This document shows, piece by piece, positions 19,973-28,782 of a stretch of DNA of 64,000 nt. Source of the DNA: an uncultured Candidatus Saccharibacteria bacterium (GTDB lineage: Bacteria > Patescibacteriota > Minisyncoccia > Phycocordibacterales > UBA12088); NCBI GenBank assembly GCA_964567265.1, contig CAZMLK010000001.1, positions 164,710-228,709 of the forward strand, given 5' to 3'. The translations under genes and the position numbers were made by a program. The stretch's first letter is position 1; each line of letters begins with the position of its first letter. Under the pieces are notes generated by a model, which saw nothing but the letters and a program-made list of their open reading frames with translations, did not search any database and had not been told where the DNA came from.

Positions 19973-20320
19973 ATGAAAAAAGCAATCCTTACCGTCCTCA
20001 CGTTTTCTGCGATTCCTGGAATCGCGCTTGCCGCATTTCCGGATACGATGGAAGAATTCGTGAACAGGGTCAATGATGCCATCATCAACCCAATCCTGGC
20101 CCTCATCTTTGTGTCTGCGCTCCTTTATTTCTTCTGGGGCGGCATCCAGTTCCTCCTCAATGCGGACAATGCGACCGCACGCACCGATGGCAAGAACCAC
20201 ATGTTCTGGGGAATCATCGGCATGTTCGTCATGGTCTCGGTCTATGCACTCCTCGCGGTGCTCCTCGGGACCTTCGAGGTCGCGCCGCCCGCTGGTCTTC
20301 CGATCGACAGCTGGATATAG
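19973..20320 (+). CDS. Pilin-like small membrane protein, paralog F
   Basis: MKKAILTVLTF signal peptide, YFFWGGIQFLLNAD and MFWGIIGMFVMVSVYAL; GGAGG RBS. Confidence 0.6.
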   Translation: MKKAILTVLTFSAIPGIALAAFPDTMEEFVNRVNDAIINPILALIFVSALLYFFWGGIQFLLNADNATARTDGKNHMFWGIIGMFVMVSVYALLAVLLGTFEVAPPAGLPIDSWI

Positions 20321-20329
20321 CGCAGGTTT

Positions 20330-20373
20330 TGCAAAAAAGAAAAAGGCGTGCAGGGGAGAACCCTGCACGCCTT
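20330..20373 (-). terminator. Rho-independent terminator (minus strand)
   Basis: aggcgtgcagggg-agaa-ccctgcacgcct preceded by a long A-tract on the plus strand. Confidence 0.65.
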
Positions 20374-20388
20374 CGCGATAATGAACAT

Positions 20389-22245
20389 TTACTTAGCGTT
20401 GACGGCCACTGTAATCAGTAGCGCGCTGTCCGCGTCCGGTGAGACATGGAAGGCGATGGCAACCTGGTTGCTACCAGATTTTCCGATCAATGTTTTGACA
20501 TCGGGAGTCTTGACTGGCTCCTTGTTCGCATCGCGGAACTCGGCAGTGATGAAGCCCTTTTTCAGTGTCGTGGTCGCCCACTCGGCCTTCGAGGTTTCAT
20601 CCCAGCAGAGCCAGCCGCTCCAGTTCCCCGGCTTCACCGTGATGTGGTTGGTGATTCCGGGAGGGAAGATGTACCGGCATTCTGCAACTGAAGCTTTTTG
20701 CGACTGGCCCGCAAAGCGAGCGGTAATCCCTGAGCTGGTTGCCAGTATTCCGAGGAGTAGGAGCGTTAGTATCGCGATGATGGCGGTCTTGCTCATGAGC
20801 CGGCCGAGGCCGGGTACGAGCGAGAGTGTCATGTAGATGAAGGGGATTACGAATCCCCAGACCCCGAGCGTCAAGAGAAGCTCGATGATGGGTCCGAGCC
20901 CGCTCCACCAGCGGTTCGAGTCATCGAACCCAAGGAAGAAGAACAGGGCCATGAGCATTGCGACTACAGAGAGTACCTTGAGCTGCTCCCGTGGCAGATG
21001 ACCCGTCGCATAGTAGCTGACCGCGAACGCGAGCAGCCCGAATGCGAAGAGGCCTTCGACAAGATAGATGCGACCCAGGGTCGGCATTCCGGCGGAAGCA
21101 AGGATGCCCCAGCCGAACCGCTGATCACAAAGCGTGAACAACGTCGCGGAGATAAGTATGATGAGCAGGAAGGAAAGCAGCCTTGCAAACCCACCGTAAA
21201 CTAACCCGTCCGCCGCGAAGACCTTTATACGGCCCGCGAGCGAACCCAAAATTAAGAGAACAGTGAACGCCTCACGCTGAGGCATCCAGATGCGCACCCA
21301 TTCGACCACACGAGCCGCTGTGACCCAGCCTTCTTTCGTGAGGTACGCTCCGAAGACTGGTAGATTCGCGACGATATGCGGATAGACGGAGTATGCGAAC
21401 GCGCCGAAGGCGATTGCTCTGAGCGTTATGAATGCCCATCCAAGAGTCCTGGGGAGCTGCGCTCCCCAGCGGAACGTGAAGCAGAGCGCCAAAAATATGA
21501 CGACGTACTTCCACAAGACCGGGTGATGGACGAGGGATGCGCTCGCGCTTTGCGGCATCAGGCCTGTCGGGTCGGAACCCAAGAGGTAGAGTGCTGTCAG
21601 TGGGAGGAGGATCAAGATCACTGCAGCGAGGGAAGGCCACGAGTCACGTGCGAACCGCGTAAGCCGCGATGGGTCCGTGTCGGGGGGCGTTCCCGGATCA
21701 ACTGCTGGCGCAGCAGCAACGGGAGTGGCAACAGGTGCCGCGACAGGTGCTGCTGCCGGAGGCGTCGCCACAGGCGGCACAACTGCAGCTGGTGCAACTG
21801 GAGCAGCGTATGACGCTTGAGCTGGCACCGGCGGTGCCAGCCATCTCCGAACGAGATACATGATCCCGATCCCGCCTGCCGTAGCGAGGACGAGGAAGGG
21901 AAGCAGTATCTTTAGCGCGATGCCGAGGCCATAGTTGAGCGTGCTCTGAAAGTCCGTGAACCATCCGGTGTACCACGTCAGTGCTATCCCGGATAGGATG
22001 AGGAGAAGCAGTACATGCTTTCGATTCAGTGTGTCCATTGTTCCTCCCAGGGTTGCTGTGGTTGAGGAGAACCCTCGGCGCGCGGCGGACAGCGTGTGCT
22101 GTCCGCCTGCAACCGCCATTCTCCGAAGCTGCTGTTCAATCCTTCCCCCTCTAGCATGACGCCAGACGAGGAAGGCAAGTGCTGCAGTTCCGCAGATGCG
22201 GAGTGCTATAAGGAGCCATCCTCCTAAGGGAAAGAAATCGATCAT
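20389..22245 (-). CDS. Large polytopic membrane protein (about 10 TM) with Pro/Ala-rich linker and C-terminal beta-rich domain
   Basis: 618 aa, many hydrophobic helices, PPVPAQASYAAPVAP...AAAPAVDPGTPPDTD linker; translationally coupled to upstream SPFH gene. Confidence 0.6.
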   Translation of the reverse strand: MIDFFPLGGWLLIALRICGTAALAFLVWRHARGGRIEQQLRRMAVAGGQHTLSAARRGFSSTTATLGGTMDTLNRKHVLLLLILSGIALTWYTGWFTDFQSTLNYGLGIALKILLPFLVLATAGGIGIMYLVRRWLAPPVPAQASYAAPVAPAAVVPPVATPPAAAPVAAPVATPVAAAPAVDPGTPPDTDPSRLTRFARDSWPSLAAVILILLPLTALYLLGSDPTGLMPQSASASLVHHPVLWKYVVIFLALCFTFRWGAQLPRTLGWAFITLRAIAFGAFAYSVYPHIVANLPVFGAYLTKEGWVTAARVVEWVRIWMPQREAFTVLLILGSLAGRIKVFAADGLVYGGFARLLSFLLIILISATLFTLCDQRFGWGILASAGMPTLGRIYLVEGLFAFGLLAFAVSYYATGHLPREQLKVLSVVAMLMALFFFLGFDDSNRWWSGLGPIIELLLTLGVWGFVIPFIYMTLSLVPGLGRLMSKTAIIAILTLLLLGILATSSGITARFAGQSQKASVAECRYIFPPGITNHITVKPGNWSGWLCWDETSKAEWATTTLKKGFITAEFRDANKEPVKTPDVKTLIGKSGSNQVAIAFHVSPDADSALLITVAVNAK

Positions 22246-23624
22246 CAGTTCCCATCTCCTTGGGTTGGGGGCGCCGCGGCAGGTGCCGCGTCGTCTGTTT
22301 TCGCCTTGCCTTGCCTGCGGATGCCGGCAAGGTTCGCAGTCTGCGACTCTCGTTGGCCAGCCCCGATGAACATGTCGACATTGGACGCATTCCTTGCAGC
22401 TTCAACGCCTGCGCGATTCCGCAGGTATTCTTCCGCGAACTGGCCGTGCTCTTCGATTCCCGCAAGCTCTTCTTCAATGATCTTACGGCGGCCCTTCGCT
22501 TCACCCGTGAGTTCTTCGGCGGTACGCTTGCCCTTCTGTTTGCCTTCGAACTCTGCAGCGAGGAAGCCTTCGATATCTTTGGCGCGCGCCGGATCAAGAT
22601 CTGGATCGCGGACATCGACATCCTTCACTACCTCGAACCCGATTGATTGGATGAACTGCTCTCTCGGAACACGCACGATGGACGCATTCGGATCACGTTT
22701 CTTCCGTGCAGCGAGGTCCGCGTCAATGACATCCTGTTCGACGCCCATGAGGCCGTCTCGGATGAATTGCGCGAGCGCACGCTTGTCTTCCGGCGACATT
22801 TCTCTGCCGGCATAGACTTGCCTGATGTCAGCTCCCTGGGCATATTCGCGTACGAGGTTTTGGACCCTGACCGCGATCTGCTGCTCCCACGCCCTGGCTT
22901 CCCAGAACGCGAGTACCGGGTTCACGCACCGAAGCGTGAGCACGATATGGAACCGGACATCATAACCTTGGAGCGTCGGTACCCCGGCACTGATGACGTG
23001 CAGCTGAAACTGCGCGTGGACCACCTTGCCGGTACGATCCTTCTCAGGTTCGTAGATCTCCACTTGCTTGCCGTCCCGTACGACGATGTCGTAGCGGACG
23101 CGGCGGAAGTCACGCGTCTCAACAGCCCACCCAAGCGGTGATAGCACGAGATGGGTGCCGGTCACTGCTTGTACGACGCGACGTGCGGCGTACCAGGGGC
23201 TGAACCACCCCCACTTACTGTAGAGGGGTCCATGGACCGGGTGCCGTGTCTTGTCGTGGTTGATGTGCCAATCCGCAACGCTCTTCTTGCTCGGCACTCG
23301 ACCCTTGTCGAGCTGCCATTCAAAGCAGGATTCAGACGCGGCGTCGATGAGATACGCGCTCACGTTTCCGCCGTAGGTCAGGCATACCACCGCATCCGGT
23401 TGCACCTCAACGAAGAGGTACTGCTCCGGAAGGGGAGGCTTGCCCTGGGCGATACGCGCAGCGTTCGTCTTGTCGATATTCGCGTCGTAATGCAGATTCT
23501 TATGCCAGAAGAATGTCGAGGCAGCTGCACCGACGGCGAGCGCGTAGATGGACGCGTACGATGCGAGTCCAGTGATGAAGAGACCCTGCCACATTCGATT
23601 TTTCCTTAAGTTGTCGAGGAACAC
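22245..23624 (-). CDS. SPFH/band-7 domain membrane protein (flotillin/stomatin-like)
   Basis: N-terminal TM, SPFH-like core, long charged coiled-coil C-terminus; 459 aa. Confidence 0.6.
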   Translation of the reverse strand: MFLDNLRKNRMWQGLFITGLASYASIYALAVGAAASTFFWHKNLHYDANIDKTNAARIAQGKPPLPEQYLFVEVQPDAVVCLTYGGNVSAYLIDAASESCFEWQLDKGRVPSKKSVADWHINHDKTRHPVHGPLYSKWGWFSPWYAARRVVQAVTGTHLVLSPLGWAVETRDFRRVRYDIVVRDGKQVEIYEPEKDRTGKVVHAQFQLHVISAGVPTLQGYDVRFHIVLTLRCVNPVLAFWEARAWEQQIAVRVQNLVREYAQGADIRQVYAGREMSPEDKRALAQFIRDGLMGVEQDVIDADLAARKKRDPNASIVRVPREQFIQSIGFEVVKDVDVRDPDLDPARAKDIEGFLAAEFEGKQKGKRTAEELTGEAKGRRKIIEEELAGIEEHGQFAEEYLRNRAGVEAARNASNVDMFIGAGQRESQTANLAGIRRQGKAKTDDAAPAAAPPTQGDGN

Positions 23625-23825
23625 CGAGGGTGTACCCTCACAGTTTCGACTAGCAGACGGAATGCCTGCTTCTGCGGAGATTTATATCATATAAAAATAC
23701 AAAAGTCAAGCTATAGCTTGACGCGATGACGGCAGAATAGTCTTATTTTAAGTCGTGGTTTGGGGGGAGGGGAGACAAAATTGACTGGGCAATTTTTGAG
23801 CGGATTCGTCTTTGTTTGTTGGAGG

Positions 23826-23910
23826 AGGACTTGGTCACGAGTTACTAAGGATTGCTCGTCACAAGCTCCTCAAATCCTAAGTACTCGTGACCCCGCCTCA
23901 GAGCTGGGGG
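23826..23910. repeat. Palindromic ~80-nt repeat element, copy 1 (tRNA-trailer associated)
   Basis: ggtcacgagttactaaggatt...aatcctaagtactcgtgacc inverted repeat followed by CCCGCCTCAG; about 92% identical to copy at 24318-24400. Confidence 0.7.
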
Positions 23911-24069
23911 AGAGGAATCTTGGTCCTTACAGGACCTGTACACCTTTCGTATTTTTTCGGAGCAGAGCTCCTCAAAAATATACTCAAGGTCGTTCATGTC
24001 CTCTCACGCGAGGCGAGCAGTCGCCTCGCTCCCAGCACTGCGAAAATTCCGCAAAGCTCCATTTTCTAG

Positions 24070-24151
24070 TGCTGGGGAGAGGACTTGAACCTCCATGGGT
24101 TGCCCCGTCTGCTCCTAAGGCAGGTGCGTATACCAATTCCGCCACCCCAGC
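24070..24151 (-). tRNA. tRNA-Leu (anticodon TAG)
   Basis: Cloverleaf with long variable arm, anticodon loop CTTAGGA, GTTCAAGTCC T-loop; no encoded CCA. Confidence 0.85.
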
Positions 24152-24317
24152 ATGTGTGTACTATAGCAAATAGACCTCCGCCATGGCTGCTTCTTCACAA
24201 GGAACTCTCTCCCTTACGGGAGCAGTATCCCGATTGGGTTTTTTGAACGGCCAGCAAAGGCCGTCAAAAAAAGCTCAATCGGGCTTCGAGTCCTTGTGGA
24301 ACTCTCCAAGAAGGTGC

Positions 24318-24400
24318 CGAGGACTCGGTCACGAGTCACTAAGGATTACTCGTCGCAAGCTCCTCAAATCCTAAGTGCTCGCGACCCCGCCTCAGTCCAG
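24318..24400. repeat. Palindromic ~80-nt repeat element, copy 2, flanked by 18-bp direct repeats antisense to tRNA-Lys 3' end
   Basis: Near-identical to 23826-23910; flanks cttcgagtccttgtgg at 24283-24300 and 24427-24444. Confidence 0.7.
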
Positions 24401-24467
24401 GCTCCGCGGGAGCCTGGACTCTCGGCCTTCGAGTCCTTGTGGGCTCAAAATTTCTTCGAAATTTTAG

Positions 24468-24540
24468 TCCGCCCACAAGGACTCGAACCTTGGACCATCT
24501 CCTTAAGAGGGAGTTGCTCTACCAACTGAGCTATGGGCGG
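24468..24540 (-). tRNA. tRNA-Lys (anticodon CTT)
   Basis: GCTCAGTTGGTAGAGC D-arm, anticodon loop CTCTTAA, GGTTCGAGTCC T-arm. Confidence 0.8.
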
Positions 24541-24689
24541 ATATCGGCACTTTAGCGAGGGGCAGGGGTCTCCTTCTCCAAGCCTCAAATGACTGCGAAA
24601 GTTTACAATATTTTCACGATTTGTGCCAACTTCCTATCCAGAGGTACCAAGGGTCTGCATGCTATTATTTGAGCGCTAAGACATGCTGC

Positions 24690-25892
24690 ATGCCGGACAC
24701 TCACACACAGAACGGAACGTCATGGCTCGATCGATTGAGGAGGCTTCCGATAGAAGCGTATGTCATTCTGGTGCCCGCGTTCTCTGCGATTCTTATCGTC
24801 ACGTTCTTCTTCCGTGATACCGCGCTCGTGATGGGCGTCGCTGAACTCACGAGCCCGGAGGGCATCGCGCACTCCATTGACGTACTCGGAGGCGGCACCT
24901 GGTTCGCGTATGTGTTCCAGGGTGCCGCATTCATCACGCTCACGCATCTTTTCCGGACGGTGTATCGAAGCATCCAGACGTTTCCGGCATTCCACGATTC
25001 CTTCAGAAGCGTCTGCATGACTGAAAAAGGATTCATCGCGAGCCTGCTCTGGATTGCGCTCCTCTTCACTGCGATCAATCTGTCGATCGGCATCTTCACG
25101 CATTTTCTATTCATGCATGCGGACCCCGTGCGTGCCGGCGCTGTATCTTCGTACCTTCTTGAAACGGAGTATGGAATGTTTGGAGTCTATCCGCATCTCG
25201 CGATTGCAAGTGCGCTCTCAGTATGGCCGCTCCTCGATACGCTGATCGTCCTGTCGTATCAGAACCTGCCACTGGCGATCTTCTTCGTGCTCATTCCCGC
25301 GCTTTTCCTTGGAAGGATATACATCGTCCGGTGGTTCCTCCTCTCGTTCTTCATCGTCTATCTGATCGCGGTTCCGATCTGGATACTTTCTCCTGCGGTG
25401 AGCCCGCTTGAGTTCCAGATCGAAAATACCCTCCACGTATCACAGACGGATGCGTCGGTGCGAGCAGCAGCTCTGTTTAGGGAACAGGGACTCGGAGAGA
25501 CGGGGAATCGCTACATCGAGCAGCTGAAGAAGTTCTGGATCGATCCGAGCGGAAAGACCTTTGCCATCACCTGCAATCCGAGCATGCATACTGCCTTCGC
25601 GATCGTGCTTCTCGCGGTCGCGTATCGTATCCGATTCCTCCTCGGCGTCCTCATGACTCCGTGGTTCATCCTGTGCATCCTCGGAACGGTGTATACGCTC
25701 CAGCACTACCTCACTGACGTAGTGACGGGAGGACTGGTCGCAGCTGCCGCGCTTACGCTTGCTGCCTGGTTTCTCCGCCTGGATGCAAGATACATTGTTC
25801 GGTCAGAACGGTTCTATGTGGCGGCGCTGGTATTCAAAGCGGATATGGCGAAGGTTGCGTCGGCGATGCGCAGGTTTTTAGGGGTGCGGTAG
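24690..25892 (+). CDS. Polytopic membrane protein, PAP2-like (phosphatidic acid phosphatase type 2 superfamily) motif
   Basis: Multiple TM helices; PSMHTA resembles the PAP2 PSGH box; start uncertain. Confidence 0.45.
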   Translation: MPDTHTQNGTSWLDRLRRLPIEAYVILVPAFSAILIVTFFFRDTALVMGVAELTSPEGIAHSIDVLGGGTWFAYVFQGAAFITLTHLFRTVYRSIQTFPAFHDSFRSVCMTEKGFIASLLWIALLFTAINLSIGIFTHFLFMHADPVRAGAVSSYLLETEYGMFGVYPHLAIASALSVWPLLDTLIVLSYQNLPLAIFFVLIPALFLGRIYIVRWFLLSFFIVYLIAVPIWILSPAVSPLEFQIENTLHVSQTDASVRAAALFREQGLGETGNRYIEQLKKFWIDPSGKTFAITCNPSMHTAFAIVLLAVAYRIRFLLGVLMTPWFILCILGTVYTLQHYLTDVVTGGLVAAAALTLAAWFLRLDARYIVRSERFYVAALVFKADMAKVASAMRRFLGVR

Positions 25893-25951
25893 GGGAAATA
25901 GTTGGGGAATCGATCACGGATAATTTTGCAAGCAAAATTTCCGCGACCCCG

Positions 25952-25980
25952 CCTCAGAAAAGCCCTCCCAGGGCTTTTCT
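25952..25980 (-). terminator. Terminator hairpin downstream of tRNA-Leu(TAA)
   Basis: aaaagccct-ccc-agggctttt symmetric A/T-flanked hairpin. Confidence 0.55.
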
Positions 25981-26033
25981 TCCGGCCTTCGATTCCCACC
26001 CCCGGAACTCTTCACTATGCTTCGCTTCGTTCG

Positions 26034-26119
26034 GTGCCGGGGGTGGGAATCGAACCCACACGAGCTTTTACACTCTCGGGATTTTAAGTCCCGTATGTCT
26101 ACCAGTTCCATCACCCCGG
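26034..26119 (-). tRNA. tRNA-Leu (anticodon TAA)
   Basis: Type-II tRNA, anticodon loop CTTAAAA, GGTTCGATTCC T-arm; 86 nt. Confidence 0.85.
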
Positions 26120-26299
26120 CGTGGGGTCTTTCAAAAGTAGAGTACCAATATACTCGCTCGAATCGGTCCGTACCGGACCAGTACCCCGATTGGATTTTTT
26201 GAACGGCCCCATACGACCTTCAAAAAATGCTCAATCGGGCTTTGATTCTCGCACAGACGCTCCGCCGGAGCGTCTTCGAGGCTCCTCGCTCCGCTTCGG

Positions 26300-26371
26300 A
26301 GTCCACGGCGAGAATCGAACTCGCGTATAAAGGTTTTGCAAACCCTTGCCTTACCACTTGGCTACGTGGAC
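26300..26371 (-). tRNA. tRNA-Cys (anticodon GCA)
   Basis: Anticodon loop TTGCAAA, U73 discriminator typical of Cys, GTTCGATTC T-loop; 72 nt. Confidence 0.75.
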
Positions 26372-26391
26372 ATCTCAATCTACCTGCCCAT

Positions 26392-26679
26392 TTATACTTT
26401 GGGAGCGAGGGCAAAGTCAATGAAGGGAAGGCGCTTCAGGCGGCTCTTCTCCTTGAGGTATTCGCGGAACTCGCCGCGATTGCGCTTCAGGAAATCAATG
26501 GCAGGCACCTCGCGGTCGGTAGGGTATACCGACACGTAGACGATAGCCTTCTTGCCGTCATCAGTCATGAAGACGCCGGTCACGGTGATCATCGAGAGCC
26601 GATTGGATTCCAGGTTCACGAATGCTGCCGCGAGGCGCTGCAATTCTTCCCGGGCCCTCAGTGTCGTGTCGTCCAGCAT
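26392..26679 (-). CDS. rbfA: Ribosome-binding factor A
   Basis: 95-aa KH-like protein, RLSMITVTGV..DGKKAIVYVS pattern, downstream of infB. Confidence 0.8.
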   Translation of the reverse strand: MLDDTTLRAREELQRLAAAFVNLESNRLSMITVTGVFMTDDGKKAIVYVSVYPTDREVPAIDFLKRNRGEFREYLKEKSRLKRLPFIDFALAPKV

Positions 26680-26684
26680 GGATA

Positions 26685-28196
26685 TTATTTGATCTCGACG
26701 ACGAAGCTTTCAAGGACGTCGCCAGCGGCGATGAGCGTCTTCGATTCAACCTGCGCTCCGAACTCGACGCCGGCCTCGACGGTCTTCGTGGTCGCTTTCG
26801 CGCGCTGGAGGCCCAGGATTTCGCCCGTGCCGATCCGCTCGCCACGGCGGGTGATCGAAAGCTTGTCGCCGACGGCGATCTCCCCATCCTCGACGCGTCC
26901 GCCGACGATCTGCTTATCCTTCTCGACGCCGAATACGCGGATGATCTTCACCGATCCCTTCGCGACCTCGACAGCCTGGCGAGGTCGGCGTGCTTCAAGC
27001 ATCACCTCGAGCCACTCGGTCAGGCGGTAGATGATGTCGAACTGCCCGATCTCGACGACGTTGCGTCGTGCAAGCTCGATTGCGGCCGCGTCGGTCTTCA
27101 CGTTGAATCCGACGACGAGGCCGCCTTTGCCCGCACCGACGCTCTGCACGTCGTTCTCGGTGATGGTCCCGATGCCTTCATGGACCACTTTGAAGGACAC
27201 CGTCTCGACGGCGATCTTCTTGATCTCGTGCTTGATAGCATCGAGCGCTCCCGCGACATCGGCCTTGATGGCGATCGGTACCTGCGGCTTGCCTGGCGTG
27301 TCGGTCACGATGCGCTGGCCGCCGGCCTTCTTGTTGCGCGTATAGGCCTCCACCATCTCTTCCGCCTCTTTCTTCGAAGCAACGGTCACGAACGGCATTC
27401 CTGTCTCGGGGACTTCAGAAAATCCGACAACCGAAAGCGGGCTCGAGAAGGTCGCCTCGCTGACAGGCTTACCCATGAAGTCCTGCATGATGCGGGTCGG
27501 CGCGAATGCGCTTCCGGCCACCACGAACATGCCGCTTCGGAGCGTGCCGTCCTTCACGATCAGGGTCGCAGTGATGCCTTTCTTCGGATCGCGGTTGGCT
27601 TCGATGATGAGCCCAGTTCCCGGCTTCGAGGGATCGCCCCGGAGCTCGGCGAGTTCCGCGACGAGGAGGATCATGTCGAGGAGCTCGTCCATACCCTCGC
27701 CGGTCTTCGATGAAAGGGGGACATAGGAGATGTCGCCGCCCTGTCCTTCGAGATAGATCTCGTTCTCGATGAGCGAGCTCTTTGCCTTCTCGACGTTGGC
27801 ACCACTCTTGTCGATCTTGGTGATCGCGACGACGAAGGGAACATTTGCGGCGCGGATCGCCTTCACGGCCTCAACGGTCTGCGCTTTCACGCCATCTTCG
27901 GCAGACACGACGAGGATCGCGATGTCCGCGACTTCGAGGCCCTGGGAGCGCATGCGCGCGAACGCTTCGTGTCCGGGCGTGTCGAGGAAGGTGATCCGTT
28001 TCACGCTGCCATCCTTCGTCTTGTGCTCGACTTCGTACGCTGAAAGGCGCTGGGTGATGCCCCCGGCTTCTGTTTCGACGATGCGCGTCTTCCGGATGTA
28101 ATCGAGGAGCGTTGATTTCCCGTGGTCAATATGCCCGAGTATGGCAACTACCGGGGGACGTTCGATATCTGATTGTGGTGAGGTTGGTGTTGCCAT
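26685..28196 (-). CDS. infB: Translation initiation factor IF-2 (short form lacking N-terminal domain)
   Basis: G-domain GHIDHGKST, DTPGHEAF, NKID; C-terminal beta-barrels; 503 aa. Confidence 0.9.
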   Translation of the reverse strand: MATPTSPQSDIERPPVVAILGHIDHGKSTLLDYIRKTRIVETEAGGITQRLSAYEVEHKTKDGSVKRITFLDTPGHEAFARMRSQGLEVADIAILVVSAEDGVKAQTVEAVKAIRAANVPFVVAITKIDKSGANVEKAKSSLIENEIYLEGQGGDISYVPLSSKTGEGMDELLDMILLVAELAELRGDPSKPGTGLIIEANRDPKKGITATLIVKDGTLRSGMFVVAGSAFAPTRIMQDFMGKPVSEATFSSPLSVVGFSEVPETGMPFVTVASKKEAEEMVEAYTRNKKAGGQRIVTDTPGKPQVPIAIKADVAGALDAIKHEIKKIAVETVSFKVVHEGIGTITENDVQSVGAGKGGLVVGFNVKTDAAAIELARRNVVEIGQFDIIYRLTEWLEVMLEARRPRQAVEVAKGSVKIIRVFGVEKDKQIVGGRVEDGEIAVGDKLSITRRGERIGTGEILGLQRAKATTKTVEAGVEFGAQVESKTLIAAGDVLESFVVEIK

Positions 28197-28220
28197 ACGA
28201 GTTCATGATACATGCGCGTC

Positions 28221-28703
28221 CTATTTCTTCGAGGAGAGGCGTTTCTTCGTATTCGCGATCGCATCGGCTTCCTCTGTACTGAGCTCATGAGCGGACGCGA
28301 AGTTCGTGACTGCTTTCGCATACACACTCACGCGTTCGCGCGCGTAGATGCCGGTGAGCACGAAGCCGTCGCCATTCTCAGAAAGGAGCGCCGCCGAGAA
28401 GCTTTGGTTCCCGCCGCCGCCATCGCCCTTGAACGGATTGAAGCGAATGACTTCCGCGCCCTGGATGCTCCTCCGGAGCCGGGCTTCGACTCCCTCGAGG
28501 TACGCTTCCAGTTTCTGCCGGAACTCATCATTCGAGCTCGTGGTCTCGACGATTCCGCGGATGACGCTCTCAAGATCGCTGCCGTTCTTACCCTTCAGGA
28601 ATTTCGACAACCGGAGTTCCAAGTGGATAATCCAGCCTAAAAGGATGACGATCGCTCCAGCGAGGAGGGCAATGCCGTAGGGCATCAGGGAAGCTAGGGG
28701 CAT
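28221..28703 (-). CDS. Membrane-anchored hypothetical protein (possibly DUF4446-like)
   Basis: N-terminal TM, GDGGGGNQ loop; conserved position downstream of infB-rbfA. Confidence 0.45.
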   Translation of the reverse strand: MPLASLMPYGIALLAGAIVILLGWIIHLELRLSKFLKGKNGSDLESVIRGIVETTSSNDEFRQKLEAYLEGVEARLRRSIQGAEVIRFNPFKGDGGGGNQSFSAALLSENGDGFVLTGIYARERVSVYAKAVTNFASAHELSTEEADAIANTKKRLSSKK

Positions 28704-28782
28704 GGGTGCCAGGGCTTAAGAACAATGTGGTCAGTATACACGGGGAGGGTGCCTTTGCCAAAAAGAAACGGCGCGGGCTACA

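Noticed and set aside
23826-24400. Possible CRISPR array (repeated ~80-nt elements)
   Set aside because: Only two full copies plus fragments, unequal spacing, internal long palindromes far longer than CRISPR repeats, and no cas genes. Interpreted as tRNA-associated repeat elements.
26622-27713. 363-aa plus-strand ORF
   Set aside because: Antisense to infB.
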